The notes under the pieces are model-generated. The model was given only the letters and a program-made list of their open reading frames with translations. It ran no database searches and was not told where the DNA came from. From the IMG/VR virus record IMGVR_UViG_3300042888_002665: a stretch of 64,000 bases of DNA; one strand, given 5' to 3'. The stretch is from a virus. Position numbers and translations under genes: made by a program. This document shows, in pieces, positions 20,100 to 29,976 of the stretch. The first letter of the stretch is position 1. The number at the start of each line of letters is the position of its first letter.

Positions 20100-21773
20100 T
20101 TAAAATCCTAATGTTTCTAATCCGTGTACAAACACCTTACCGTAGAATTCAGGACGAACCATTTTCTTAGCGTAACGAGTCATCAAACCTTTACGTGGAG
20201 TAAATGTTTCTGGATCGTAAACTAATGGAGTCATGATCAATGGAATGTATGGAGCATAAACAGCACCAGTTTCAAGGAATTGAGATCCTTTATAACCCAT
20301 CAAGATTTGGTTAGAAGTCAAGTATGGATTCTTGTAAACTTTGTAACGAGAATTTAATGAACCGATTTTCTGGATACCAAATCCGAATTCTGATTTCTCA
20401 CCATCACCGTCAGTAGCAAATCCTGGAATAGATTCTAATACTGTAGCAACTGCTGGAGAACAAACTAAGAAGTTAGCACCACCACGCAATGTCTTTTGGT
20501 GAATTTTGTTAGAAACTTGTTGCAATACAGTTCCGATAGTTTGGAACCATTCGCCTTGAGAGTTGTAGTATCCTGAGATATTACCTGAAGCTGAGTTAGC
20601 AGATACAGTTGTGAAACCTGAACCGTTCCAGAATGTATTGTTAGCAGCTGACCAGTAACCAGTAGTTGCAGCATTGTCGATCAACATAGATAACAATTCT
20701 AAGTCAACTTCCATTGCAATGTAGTTAGACAACATAGAAGTAACTTCAGATTCAGCATCTACCGAGTGGTATGCGTTCAAATCTTGAGAGAATTCTGGTG
20801 TCCATTGTGCTTTCAATTTACGAGTCTTAGCAACGATAGCTTCTGATTTCAATTTAATATCAATTGAAGGGATAGCTATTTGAGAAGAAGACTCAGAGTT
20901 TGGATAACCAGCACCTGAAGCATCTTCAAAATCACCACGAGCATCTACAGTAGTTGCTTTAGGGTAAGTTACTGAGTAGTTTTGGCTACCAAGACCAACT
21001 ACTGAACCAGAAACAACTAAAGTAATTGTACCGTTAGCATTCAAAGTAGTAAATTCATTGATTACGTTAGCAGCTGATACTGAACCAGCACCTGAGCCTG
21101 AAGAAATTTCAATAGCTTTAACCGCGTTATCATCTAAACCAACTAATGAACCTGAACCTAAAGTAATTGTACGAGCTGAAGATCCAATTGAAGATGAAGC
21201 AGCTGAGTTATAATTAAATGTAGCAATAGAAGTTGATCCAGAAGTACCAGCAATACCTGCAGATGCAGTAGTATTGATTGAATATCCGAAACGTCCCTCA
21301 CCATATAAACCACCAGCTACGTCTAAGTTTTTAACGTTTGGATGATTTTCTGCTTGATTACCATATAAAGAAGCAGTTCCAAAACCAGCTTTACCAGCTG
21401 TAGATGCCATTCCTAAGTTTGAATATTTGAAATCCAAATAGAATACTAGACCTGAAGGTAAAGACATTGGTTGTACAGAAACGAATTCTTTAGCAACGAT
21501 TTCACCGAATACACGGCGAACTAAAGGCAAAGCAACACCAGCCCAGTTCTCGCCAGACCCACCTGACATAGAAGTAGTACCACCAGTTACGTTTGCTTCT
21601 TGAACCAATGCTTTAGCTTGGTTTTCCAAAATTACCGCCATATTATTGCGGTCATACTCACTGTTAAGGTTTTTCAATAAACCTGTTTTTTCCCATTTTC
21701 CAACTAATTTGCCAGCTTCTGCTTGACGATCTTGGAACGGATTTGCGCTTTCTAAAAGACTTTGTACGTTCAT
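20100..21773 (-). CDS. gp23: Major capsid protein (T4 gp23-like)
   Basis: LPLVRRVF...VSVQPM..PSGL.FYLDF.Y, I.AKTRKLKA.WTPE..QDL.AYH..DAE.E and GAVYAPY.PL...F.P.KG.MTRYA motifs. Confidence 0.97.
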   Translation of the reverse strand: MNVQSLLESANPFQDRQAEAGKLVGKWEKTGLLKNLNSEYDRNNMAVILENQAKALVQEANVTGGTTSMSGGSGENWAGVALPLVRRVFGEIVAKEFVSVQPMSLPSGLVFYLDFKYSNLGMASTAGKAGFGTASLYGNQAENHPNVKNLDVAGGLYGEGRFGYSINTTASAGIAGTSGSTSIATFNYNSAASSSIGSSARTITLGSGSLVGLDDNAVKAIEISSGSGAGSVSAANVINEFTTLNANGTITLVVSGSVVGLGSQNYSVTYPKATTVDARGDFEDASGAGYPNSESSSQIAIPSIDIKLKSEAIVAKTRKLKAQWTPEFSQDLNAYHSVDAESEVTSMLSNYIAMEVDLELLSMLIDNAATTGYWSAANNTFWNGSGFTTVSANSASGNISGYYNSQGEWFQTIGTVLQQVSNKIHQKTLRGGANFLVCSPAVATVLESIPGFATDGDGEKSEFGFGIQKIGSLNSRYKVYKNPYLTSNQILMGYKGSQFLETGAVYAPYIPLIMTPLVYDPETFTPRKGLMTRYAKKMVRPEFYGKVFVHGLETLGF

Positions 21774-21798
21774 TTTTTTTAAATTAAATTTTTTAAAA

Positions 21799-22836
21799 TT
21801 ATTTACCGAAGGCTAATTTTTCCCAACGGTTGTATTGAGCATCAGTTTCGATTACTTTAGCACCGCTATTAGTAATCATTCCTACTGCTTTTGAAGCAAA
21901 ACCAACTGATTCTTTAATCGCAGATTTTGTTTCAGCTTTCTTAGAGAATGAAGTAATTATTGATTCGTAAACCAATTTAGCTTCTTTCGCTGATTCAGCT
22001 TTGTCAAAAGTTTTAACTACGTCGATCTTTTGTGATTCAGTTAAGTTAGTACCTTTGAATACTTTATTCATGTAAAGTAATTTTGCGTTTAGCAAATTAA
22101 CTTCTTGAATTGAAGAACGAAGTTCATCGATTGTAGCTAAAGCTTGAGCTAATTCTTCTTCCATTTTAGATTTAGAATCATCTTCGTCTTTGCCATATCC
22201 TTCTTCTACTTCTTCTTCTTCTGATAGACCGAATTCAGCTAATAATTCGTCGATATTAATGTCATTTTCATCCATTTTATCTTCGTCTTTATCATCATAC
22301 ATTTCGTCGATCATTTCGTCTAAGTTGATTTCTTCTTCTTCACCGGCAGCATCAGCTCCTAATTCAGCATCTAAATCGATTTCTTCTCCACCGTCTTTGC
22401 CAGGAATTTCCTCGCCTTGTTCAGTTTCTAATTTTTCGAATTCTTCAGCCGCAATTTGGCGAATATATTCTTCAACTTCTTCAGGCGACATTTCAGTGAT
22501 ATCTTTATCTTCTTCTTTTTCGCCTTCTTTTTCTTCACCTGCTTCAGGTGCTTCTTCAGATGCTTTTTCTTCTGCTTCTTTTTCTTCTTCATCATCAGCC
22601 TCAGCTAATAATGCTTCTAAGTCAAGAGTTTCTTCCATTTGATCGTCTGCTTTTTTAGCTTCTTCCATCTTGTCTTCGTCTTCTTCCTCCATCTCGTTTA
22701 ACTTTGCAGCTAACATAGATTGTAATTGTGGAGTGAAAGCTTCTTCAAGAGCAAGTTTAGCATTAGCAAGAGCAGTTTCACGAACGGCTTTAGCATCAGC
22801 AATAGCATCTTTTAAAATTTGCTTTGTGTTACTCAT
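21799..22836 (-). CDS. Prohead core scaffold protein (T4 gp22-like)
   Basis: Very acidic coiled-coil protein directly upstream of the capsid gene, with many [LIM]xE sites. Start moved to MSNTKQIL (22836) because ATG 22941 lies inside the promoter motif. Confidence 0.8.
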   Translation of the reverse strand: MSNTKQILKDAIADAKAVRETALANAKLALEEAFTPQLQSMLAAKLNEMEEEDEDKMEEAKKADDQMEETLDLEALLAEADDEEEKEAEEKASEEAPEAGEEKEGEKEEDKDITEMSPEEVEEYIRQIAAEEFEKLETEQGEEIPGKDGGEEIDLDAELGADAAGEEEEINLDEMIDEMYDDKDEDKMDENDINIDELLAEFGLSEEEEVEEGYGKDEDDSKSKMEEELAQALATIDELRSSIQEVNLLNAKLLYMNKVFKGTNLTESQKIDVVKTFDKAESAKEAKLVYESIITSFSKKAETKSAIKESVGFASKAVGMITNSGAKVIETDAQYNRWEKLAFGK

Positions 22837-22938
22837 TTTATCCTTAATTTTGTTTTTGGAAATAAGATTATTATGAATCTTAATGGGGGTTGTACTTGTT
22901 TTTGTGATACCATATAGACATGGTATATTTGAGTCTGC

Positions 22939-22947
22939 CATAAATAT
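22939..22947 (-). promoter_or_regulatory. ATATTTATG putative late promoter of the scaffold/capsid operon
   Basis: About 100 nt upstream of ATG 22836. Confidence 0.55.
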
Positions 22948-22974
22948 ATGTGGATATATTTAAAGCGAAAAAAA

Positions 22975-23000
22975 GTGCCTTCTCTTTGCAGAAAAGGCAC
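22975..23000 (-). terminator. Intrinsic terminator downstream of 23037..24008
   Basis: GTGCCTT...AAGGCAC stem with an A7 run on its left (the U-tract on the minus strand). Confidence 0.75.
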
Positions 23001-23036
23001 CAGAACTATAATACTGAGACTATAGTGGGGTCGGAA

Positions 23037-24008
23037 TTATTTAATTCCAGCGTAATGTTGCCATCTGCTGATTGTCCATTCGTCTAATTCTTTTGATTCA
23101 CTGTATGTTCCTTTTTTACCTGATTCCGGTGTTAATTCTACTTTACCGTTTTCTGGAGCACCTATGTTATATATTTTATTACCTAACATAGCTTTAAGGA
23201 TGTTATTAAGGAACGTAATTTCTGGTTTTACCGTCTCACCGTCTAAAGTATAAGTATACTTTTCGTATTTTGCTATTTTATCATCATTTGATTCTTGTGC
23301 TTCATCTAATGAATTGATATTTACATCCTTAACTGAATTATCTTCAAATCTAACTCGAGCTCTACGTTCGCCAGTTTCATCATCCATTTTCATAGATGTG
23401 ATTTTTGCTTTTTTACCTGCTACTGTAACGTTGTCTCCGATTGAATAATCATCAAATGATGATTTTGGTTGAAATGCTTCGTCTAATCCGTTATAGAATT
23501 TTCTTGCTTCGTCTTCAGATTCAAATGATTTTTCTTTAGTACCATCTGCTGTGCTGTACGTAACAATCCAGAAACGACCTTCTTGTTCAATACTAGATGT
23601 TTCGTTATGTCCTAAATTAGCTTCATCCATTTCTCCATGCTCACCACCATTACTATATTCGTGATATCCTTGAGATGCTTGATCGATAAAGTTTTCTGAA
23701 TTGGTAATATGATCTTGTATCCAAGCTGGAATGTTAATTTCTTGATTACCAATTTTAGCTTTCAATTCCATTGCTGAACGAAGAATTGAATTTAATGAAC
23801 GTTGTGCCATCGATACTTCGTGGTCTTCTTCTTCAGCTAATTTTTTAGCTTTATCAGTTGCAATTGCATACATAGCAGGAGCAGGACCTTTAAAATCCTT
23901 CTTCATTGCTTTAACAATCTCTTCACGTTTTTTTTCTTCAGCAGCTGTTAATTCTTTTTCAGCAACAATTTTAGCTACAGTTTCTTTTACGATTTGTTCT
24001 AAGTTCAT
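23037..24008 (-). CDS. Multi-module head-associated protein (candidate internal-protein polyprotein)
   Basis: Lies between the protease and scaffold genes. Small modules are separated by IVAE, KLAE, EMDE, GLDE, SLDE and ELDE. Confidence 0.6.
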   Translation of the reverse strand: MNLEQIVKETVAKIVAEKELTAAEEKKREEIVKAMKKDFKGPAPAMYAIATDKAKKLAEEEDHEVSMAQRSLNSILRSAMELKAKIGNQEINIPAWIQDHITNSENFIDQASQGYHEYSNGGEHGEMDEANLGHNETSSIEQEGRFWIVTYSTADGTKEKSFESEDEARKFYNGLDEAFQPKSSFDDYSIGDNVTVAGKKAKITSMKMDDETGERRARVRFEDNSVKDVNINSLDEAQESNDDKIAKYEKYTYTLDGETVKPEITFLNNILKAMLGNKIYNIGAPENGKVELTPESGKKGTYSESKELDEWTISRWQHYAGIK

Positions 24009-24637
24009 TATATATTATCAAAATCACAGGTACAGAATCCTGTGCGGTTACAAATAATTTCAGTAATTAAGCTATCTATTTTAGAATAGTCTTTTGATGG
24101 TTTTGAATATGAAATAGATTCATTTACTACTTCCATATACGCACCTGGTGTAGATGGAGTTGAAACAAAATCCCAACACATTAATTCAAAATCGTCTTGT
24201 ACCTCAATTGTTTCACCAATTTGACGTACAGAGCCCATTCCACGAGACGAGATACCTACGGTGATATTGTTATTAAATAATTCTTTCAATATATTGCCCG
24301 ATGGTGTAGGTAATATTTCAATTTTACCATGAAGTTCGCGCCCCTTCCAATATAAACTTACAATGTTGTGTGATACATTTTTTAAGTTAATGATTGGAGA
24401 ATCTGGATGGTCTAATTCACCTAATGCACGACGTTCTTTAACTGGTCCTTGTAGGTATTTATCAGCTTCACGCTTTAATACTTCATATGGATAAACACGT
24501 CCATTACCATTTTTGGTTTCAGCCATTTGTATTAATCCTTCTACAAACATTTTACCGTTTGGATTCATCATCGACTCCTTCAATGATTGAGGAGTAGCGG
24601 TAAATAAGGCTGTTTCTATTAATAATTGCTTATCCAT
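24008..24637 (-). CDS. gp21: Prohead protease (T4 gp21-like)
   Basis: NGNGRVYP, ALGELDHP (His), GISSRGMGS (Ser) and DFVS.PS motifs. Start MDKQLLIE at 24637 overlaps the upstream stop (ATGGATAA). Confidence 0.93.
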   Translation of the reverse strand: MDKQLLIETALFTATPQSLKESMMNPNGKMFVEGLIQMAETKNGNGRVYPYEVLKREADKYLQGPVKERRALGELDHPDSPIINLKNVSHNIVSLYWKGRELHGKIEILPTPSGNILKELFNNNITVGISSRGMGSVRQIGETIEVQDDFELMCWDFVSTPSTPGAYMEVVNESISYSKPSKDYSKIDSLITEIICNRTGFCTCDFDNI

Positions 24638-25148
24638 TAGATCTTTCATTCAAGATACGACCAACTAAAATGATCATTTCATCTTCAGTCAATTTATCCA
24701 TTTTAACTTTTTTAACACCGTTTGCAGCGTCTACAAAGTTATCTTTTTTAACTTCAATAGGTAAATCAGTACGTTTTTTACGATCAACTTTCATTGCTGA
24801 TTCATCATATCCAGCTAAATGAAGTTGAGAATAATAAGCAGCATTATCTTTTAAGTTTTTACAAACGATCTTATCAGCTTTTAATTCTTCAGTACCTTTA
24901 TCTAATTCATAGCGCATTCCTAAATTATATTCTTGAGGATTGCACCACTCATTTGGCATACCATACTCCATTGGAGATGATTTTTCTTCAGTAATGATAC
25001 CTTTGTTTTTTAAGATTTTAACAGCATCACCAAATGATGTTGTATTAGAAATAAATTTAGGTAATGCCATTTTTACATTACGCAAAAATTGAGCTTGACC
25101 CAATGTTCCTTCATTTAATGCTTTATATTGATCGAATATGCTTTTCAT
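24630..25148 (-). CDS. Head-module hypothetical protein
   Basis: 172 aa in the operon. Contains the Y..GM.YE...A..IV.KNL.....YY.QL pattern and ALNE/IITE/LTE sites. Confidence 0.6.
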   Translation of the reverse strand: MKSIFDQYKALNEGTLGQAQFLRNVKMALPKFISNTTSFGDAVKILKNKGIITEEKSSPMEYGMPNEWCNPQEYNLGMRYELDKGTEELKADKIVCKNLKDNAAYYSQLHLAGYDESAMKVDRKKRTDLPIEVKKDNFVDAANGVKKVKMDKLTEDEMIILVGRILNERSNG

Positions 25149-25624
25149 TATTCTTTTAAATTTTTAATTTTCTTGTCTAATTCAGTTAATCGTGTTGATA
25201 TTTCTTCTAATCCACGAATGGAATTAGTTAAATAATTTTCAGTGGTTAGGCTATTTTCGTTACGTAAACGAATACTGTAATCAACGATTTGATTAACTTC
25301 ACGTAAACGTTTTTTAATACCTAATATTGCTTTTGAAATTTTACGTTCAGGAGTAACTTCTGATATTGTTTTATTAAATGAACGATATGATACTTCATTA
25401 ATCGGATCTTGTCCTTCGTATTTAACGAATTCGAATGTTTTACCTGATTTAGGTACTTTACCTACTACTTTATATCCTAATTTTTCAGCTGTTTTAGTGG
25501 CTCTGTTTTTACCACCTTTAGAAAATGCAAATTTAGTCATGTATGCTTCTCCTCCAGATGTAGCATTTTCTTCATCTAAAATTTCAGCTATTGCTTGACG
25601 TATCAATTCACGTAATTTTTCCAT
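25148..25624 (-). CDS. Head-module hypothetical protein
   Basis: 158 aa. Leader MEKLRELIRQAIAEILDE, a coiled-coil C-terminus and overlapping start/stop codons. Confidence 0.6.
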   Translation of the reverse strand: MEKLRELIRQAIAEILDEENATSGGEAYMTKFAFSKGGKNRATKTAEKLGYKVVGKVPKSGKTFEFVKYEGQDPINEVSYRSFNKTISEVTPERKISKAILGIKKRLREVNQIVDYSIRLRNENSLTTENYLTNSIRGLEEISTRLTELDKKIKNLKE

Positions 25625-26478
25625 TATGCTGTTCTTAACTCGTGTAATAATTCGTAATAATTCATTAAATTCAATACATCATCATCAGATATATTTTCCG
25701 ATTTAGGGATCATATTTAGTATATTATTTACTTCTGATAATTTGATTTGTATTTTTTTATCTGTAATTTTAGATGTTAATACTTCTAATTCTAACTTAAC
25801 GTTTTGAATTTGATTATTAACGTATTCTTTTAATGATACAGTATTGGATATGTTCTTAATGAATTCAGACAATAATGTTTTTTGTTCTGGTAGTAGATCT
25901 GTATATTTTGAGTTGAAGTTTTCAACTACCATTTTATAGATCATCATACGTGTGCTTTTATCTTGCTTAGCGTATTCTTCCATCACTTGATCCTTTACTA
26001 CTGCTTTATCTATTGATTTATTAGTTAAAAACTCAAGTAAAGTTACTCGGTTATCAATAACGATTTTAGGATCAGTAAATTCAGCTGAAGTATGTGCTTC
26101 CATTAAATTAAAAATGGCAGCATTAATTTTATAGTTTTGAATCTTAGCTTTAAAAAAATCTTCTAAGTTATAATTTTCCTTGATGTCTTTAATCAAGTTA
26201 TATTTTTCCTTACGTAATGCAGTTTTATTTAATTTTTCAGATAATTTTAAGATAGTTTCAACTAAGCTATCTGCTTTTGATTCGGCTAATGATTGTACAT
26301 TAATTAATGTTTGATATAATTTGTGTTCTTTAGCTATTTCCGTATTTGAAAAATATTTTTTAACTAAAGTAGCCGCGTGTGGTTCTTTATTAGACAAAAT
26401 ATCACTAGCAATTTGGCGCACTAATAGCTCAAATAATATGCCAGTGTTTTTGTATTTAGAATTTTTTAATTTAGACAT
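25624..26478 (-). CDS. Conserved helical head-module protein next to the portal gene
   Basis: 284 aa, K.SK.KNTGILFELL.RQ N-terminus, has its own promoter motif. Confidence 0.65.
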   Translation of the reverse strand: MSKLKNSKYKNTGILFELLVRQIASDILSNKEPHAATLVKKYFSNTEIAKEHKLYQTLINVQSLAESKADSLVETILKLSEKLNKTALRKEKYNLIKDIKENYNLEDFFKAKIQNYKINAAIFNLMEAHTSAEFTDPKIVIDNRVTLLEFLTNKSIDKAVVKDQVMEEYAKQDKSTRMMIYKMVVENFNSKYTDLLPEQKTLLSEFIKNISNTVSLKEYVNNQIQNVKLELEVLTSKITDKKIQIKLSEVNNILNMIPKSENISDDDVLNLMNYYELLHELRTA

Positions 26479-26496
26479 GTCTTAGTATTACTCTGT

Positions 26497-26505
26497 TATA
26501 AATAT
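26497..26505 (-). promoter_or_regulatory. ATATTTATA putative late promoter
   Basis: Upstream of ATG 26478. Confidence 0.6.
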
Positions 26506-26513
26506 CGATTAGT

Positions 26514-28343
26514 TTATATATCTTGAATATTTGATTCATTTAGTATGGAAGGCTCTTCGAATACGTTGGTTTTCTTTACGTTTATACTTTCTAACATTTT
26601 TTTGTTTTTTAAGTATTCAACTCTAGCATTCTCTAACGTCCAAGTAGCACCAGTACCTGCAGCTGCTTTTAATGGCTCGTGCATACCTTTAGCGCCGATT
26701 GGATCTTTACCTAATGCATGATTTTGTGTTCCATAATCAGATACTTTTTCTTCAGGGCGTCCTGCTTCTTTTTCATCGTATCCAATAGGTACCTCGCCAT
26801 AACGGCCTTTACCGTATAATGATGCTAAATCATGTGGCGTACCAAATGATGTACCTGAATCAACTGGATCATTACCTTCATTTTCAATTTGTGAAATACG
26901 GAATGAACGTTTTTTATCTTCAATTGTTTGGTTACGGAACTCAGCGTATTGATCTTCTGAGAAGTGGAATATGTTTTGGTAAATCCAATCAGTAGGTAAT
27001 AATGATTTATCCATTATATTTCCAGCTAATTCAACTTTTTCCTTCCATAGAGCAATTTTTTCTTGCTCATAAATGATAGATGGAGTAGTTAACGATAATT
27101 CAAAATTCGTTAATTCAGCATCATCAAATCCTTGAGTGTATAAGTGAACTAAAGCGATTTTAGTTAATTCAGATACAACAATACGTTGTACACGTTCTAT
27201 TGTACGAGCAAAACGAATATCTTCAGATGCTAAAGTAGCTTTACCAGTTAAATCTTTTTCGTATCCTAAGAACGCTTTTGGAACGCGTAGTGCAGCAAAT
27301 AATTTATCACGTAAGTAAGATACGTCTTCGATTGCTGTATACTCTAATCCTTTTAAAGTATCGATTTTAGTAGTTGTATCATTTCCTCTAACTGGAAGAT
27401 AGAAATCTTCAGTTAAATTCATCATATTGTACTTTAAGTTATAATCGCCTGTTTGAGGATCAATATATGGAGTTTTCTTAATACGTTGCTTCATTTTCTC
27501 CATGTATCCATCTACTTCATTTGGAGCTATATTTCCAATGTTTGTATAGAAAATACGTTTTTCAGGTGCACGCATAATACGATGTATCAACATCGCATCT
27601 TCCATTAAAGTTAATTGCTTGAATATTTTACGACCTGGTTCAAGATATGAACGGCCATAAGGCAAATATGATGGGTCTGATATTAATCTAAAGTGAGCTA
27701 TTTCGTAATTTTCAAAATAATCATCTTTATTTGTGTTTGTAGCGTATCCGTATGATTGATTTAAGTTAATCTTAAAACGCACATATGATGGATTGTTTGG
27801 ATTAGATCCTTCTTCGCGTTGCACATCATATACAGAAAATGGGAGTGCATTATACACACCAAATTTTTCTGCAATATCTAAATGCAAATAAAAATCACCA
27901 TACTTACACATCGTTCTAATCCATGACCATAGATTAAATTCTACGTTTAGAACTTCATAAAATAAATTATAAAGTACACGTTGTGTTTTCTCGTTTGGAG
28001 ATTTTATATGTAGTACTTCACCCTGCTCGTTTTTTAGAGTAGCTTCATCAGCTATGATATCTAACGCTGAAGCAATGATAGCATCTGTATCCATTGCCTC
28101 ATAGTCCGTGTAAAGTGAAGTACGTAATGTTTGGTAATTCATTAATGGAGTATATGACAATTTTGAATTGCCAGCATGAATCCGATTGAATCTATCTATT
28201 AATGAATTGGTTTGAATATTACCGTAAGTCTGTAGTCGGTCAACATCAATCGTACGTAATTGATTACCTCCTACATTTCTAATTATTACATCAGTGGAGA
28301 ATAATCTTCTTAGTCGTCCGAATAGACTAGTATCTATTGCCAT
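26514..28343 (-). CDS. gp20: Portal protein (T4 gp20-like)
   Basis: YE.MD....I..ALDI.ADE, YG.S.LE..R..FKQL..MEDA.LI.RI.RAPE.RIFY..IGN, EDFY.P.R and L.QEDIRF-like SEDIRFARTI.R.Q motifs. Confidence 0.96.
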   Translation of the reverse strand: MAIDTSLFGRLRRLFSTDVIIRNVGGNQLRTIDVDRLQTYGNIQTNSLIDRFNRIHAGNSKLSYTPLMNYQTLRTSLYTDYEAMDTDAIIASALDIIADEATLKNEQGEVLHIKSPNEKTQRVLYNLFYEVLNVEFNLWSWIRTMCKYGDFYLHLDIAEKFGVYNALPFSVYDVQREEGSNPNNPSYVRFKINLNQSYGYATNTNKDDYFENYEIAHFRLISDPSYLPYGRSYLEPGRKIFKQLTLMEDAMLIHRIMRAPEKRIFYTNIGNIAPNEVDGYMEKMKQRIKKTPYIDPQTGDYNLKYNMMNLTEDFYLPVRGNDTTTKIDTLKGLEYTAIEDVSYLRDKLFAALRVPKAFLGYEKDLTGKATLASEDIRFARTIERVQRIVVSELTKIALVHLYTQGFDDAELTNFELSLTTPSIIYEQEKIALWKEKVELAGNIMDKSLLPTDWIYQNIFHFSEDQYAEFRNQTIEDKKRSFRISQIENEGNDPVDSGTSFGTPHDLASLYGKGRYGEVPIGYDEKEAGRPEEKVSDYGTQNHALGKDPIGAKGMHEPLKAAAGTGATWTLENARVEYLKNKKMLESINVKKTNVFEEPSILNESNIQDI

Positions 28344-28376
28344 ATTATTTTGTGTTACTCAATATGTAGTATATGT

Positions 28377-28385
28377 TATAAATAT
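28377..28385 (-). promoter_or_regulatory. ATATTTATA putative late promoter
   Basis: Upstream of the portal ATG 28343. Confidence 0.6.
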
Positions 28386-28404
28386 ACAAACATAATAAAG
28401 AAAT

Positions 28405-29976
28405 TTAAAGGAGCCAATTTAATGATTCTGTATTGCCATGAGTGTCTCTCATTTGCCAAGGATTATCACTCATATAAGTTCCTGAACTAATACCTGAAGA
28501 TGCTATATTGATTCCATTTAGTGATGCTTTAGTCATTTCTAGTCCATTTTGGTGATATACTAATGCTGTATCTCTAATATATAAACCAAATGATAATGCC
28601 ATTGTTAAATCGTCATTATATCCTCCTTGGGCTTGTGCTTTGCCATGATCCCAAATAAATGTTCTTAGTTCTTCTAATTGGCGTTTAGAATAAAATACAA
28701 ATTGCTTATCGCGTAATGAAGATTCTAATTTAGAAATAAATAATGGGCGTGTTTTAGATGAGTTAGTCAATCCAGGAACGGTCTGATCATTTTCCATCTT
28801 GTACACAAAATTATCAATCGACATATCACCACCTTTAGGAGAGTGATACAAATTTGAATAACCACGTTCAATAATTGAATTAATAACGTCCCATCCAATA
28901 TTTGCATTTTCAATTACTAATAATGCTGAATTATATTCAATAGCGGCTGTAATTAAATTATTTGCAAATTCACGAGTACCAATTTTAGATTTAAATTCAG
29001 CTACTTGTTTATATGCTTTAGTTGCTATAATATGAAATGTTGAATAATCACTTCCGTCACCACGAGCAACGTCAGCACATACAACATATGTTTCAGACGG
29101 ATCTGGATATTCCCAAATCCAATAATCACCACCCATACCACGTCTTTCAACAGGATCCATAATGTGATTCTGCTCATAGTATTCTAGAATATCGTTTGTT
29201 ACAACGTTATTACCAGAAGCTAAAAAGTCACATTCATATTCTTGGGCAATTTCTTGAGTGCCCATATTTGCCTTTTCATTCTCGAACCATTGAGCATCAC
29301 GTTCAGGATGTACATCCCAAGGTAATTTGATTGGTAAAAATGAATTTTCGTTATTGATAGCACCAACCCAAGTTTTATGGAACCAGTTACCAATACCATT
29401 TGGAGATGATAATGCTATGCATCCACCACCAGATGAAATTGTAGGTTTAATTGCGGTATAGATCCGATCAATCCCGTCAATAAATGCAGCCTCATCAATT
29501 AGTAGTAACGATACAGCGTATGAACGACCAGCATCGGAAGCAGCTGATGATGCAACGATTTGGGATCCATTAGATAATTTTAATGATAATTTGTTATTTG
29601 AATCGGGTTTTTCTTTACCTTTAAGCCAAGCTGGTAATTGTTGGTACATAAATTGTACCTTATCTACCATGTTTACAGCTGTTGATTGCTTAGTTGCAAT
29701 ACATAATACTGTTTTATCTTTATGAAACAACATTGTCCATAATGAAAAACCAGCAGCTAACGTTGATATACCTAATTGACGTGATTTATTAATGATTGTA
29801 TAATCATTCTTTAACCATAACTTCAATACTTGCTCTTGAAATGGGTATAGATTAAAATTTACACGTCCCCTAGTTGGGTGTTGTACCATACAGTACTTAC
29901 GCATAAAGTGGATAGGATCTGTTAAACATTTAACATACTCCTGCCGCATTATATCCTTTATACTTTGTTCGCTCAT
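28405..29976 (-). CDS. terL: Terminase large subunit (T4 gp17-like)
   Basis: LYPFQ, KSRQLGIST (deviant Walker A), LLIDEAAF (Walker B), SSPNG, DVARGDG.DYS, IE.N..G and C-terminal DDL.MA nuclease motifs. Confidence 0.96.
   Translation of the reverse strand: MSEQSIKDIMRQEYVKCLTDPIHFMRKYCMVQHPTRGRVNFNLYPFQEQVLKLWLKNDYTIINKSRQLGISTLAAGFSLWTMLFHKDKTVLCIATKQSTAVNMVDKVQFMYQQLPAWLKGKEKPDSNNKLSLKLSNGSQIVASSAASDAGRSYAVSLLLIDEAAFIDGIDRIYTAIKPTISSGGGCIALSSPNGIGNWFHKTWVGAINNENSFLPIKLPWDVHPERDAQWFENEKANMGTQEIAQEYECDFLASGNNVVTNDILEYYEQNHIMDPVERRGMGGDYWIWEYPDPSETYVVCADVARGDGSDYSTFHIIATKAYKQVAEFKSKIGTREFANNLITAAIEYNSALLVIENANIGWDVINSIIERGYSNLYHSPKGGDMSIDNFVYKMENDQTVPGLTNSSKTRPLFISKLESSLRDKQFVFYSKRQLEELRTFIWDHGKAQAQGGYNDDLTMALSFGLYIRDTALVYHQNGLEMTKASLNGINIASSGISSGTYMSDNPWQMRDTHGNTESLNWLL

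Noticed and set aside
29750-29790. Terminase Walker A lacking the canonical lysine (KSRQLGIST) as a sign of inactivation
   Set aside because: Deviant Walker A motifs with an upstream lysine are known in functional terminases (lambda gpA type), and all other ATPase and nuclease motifs are intact.
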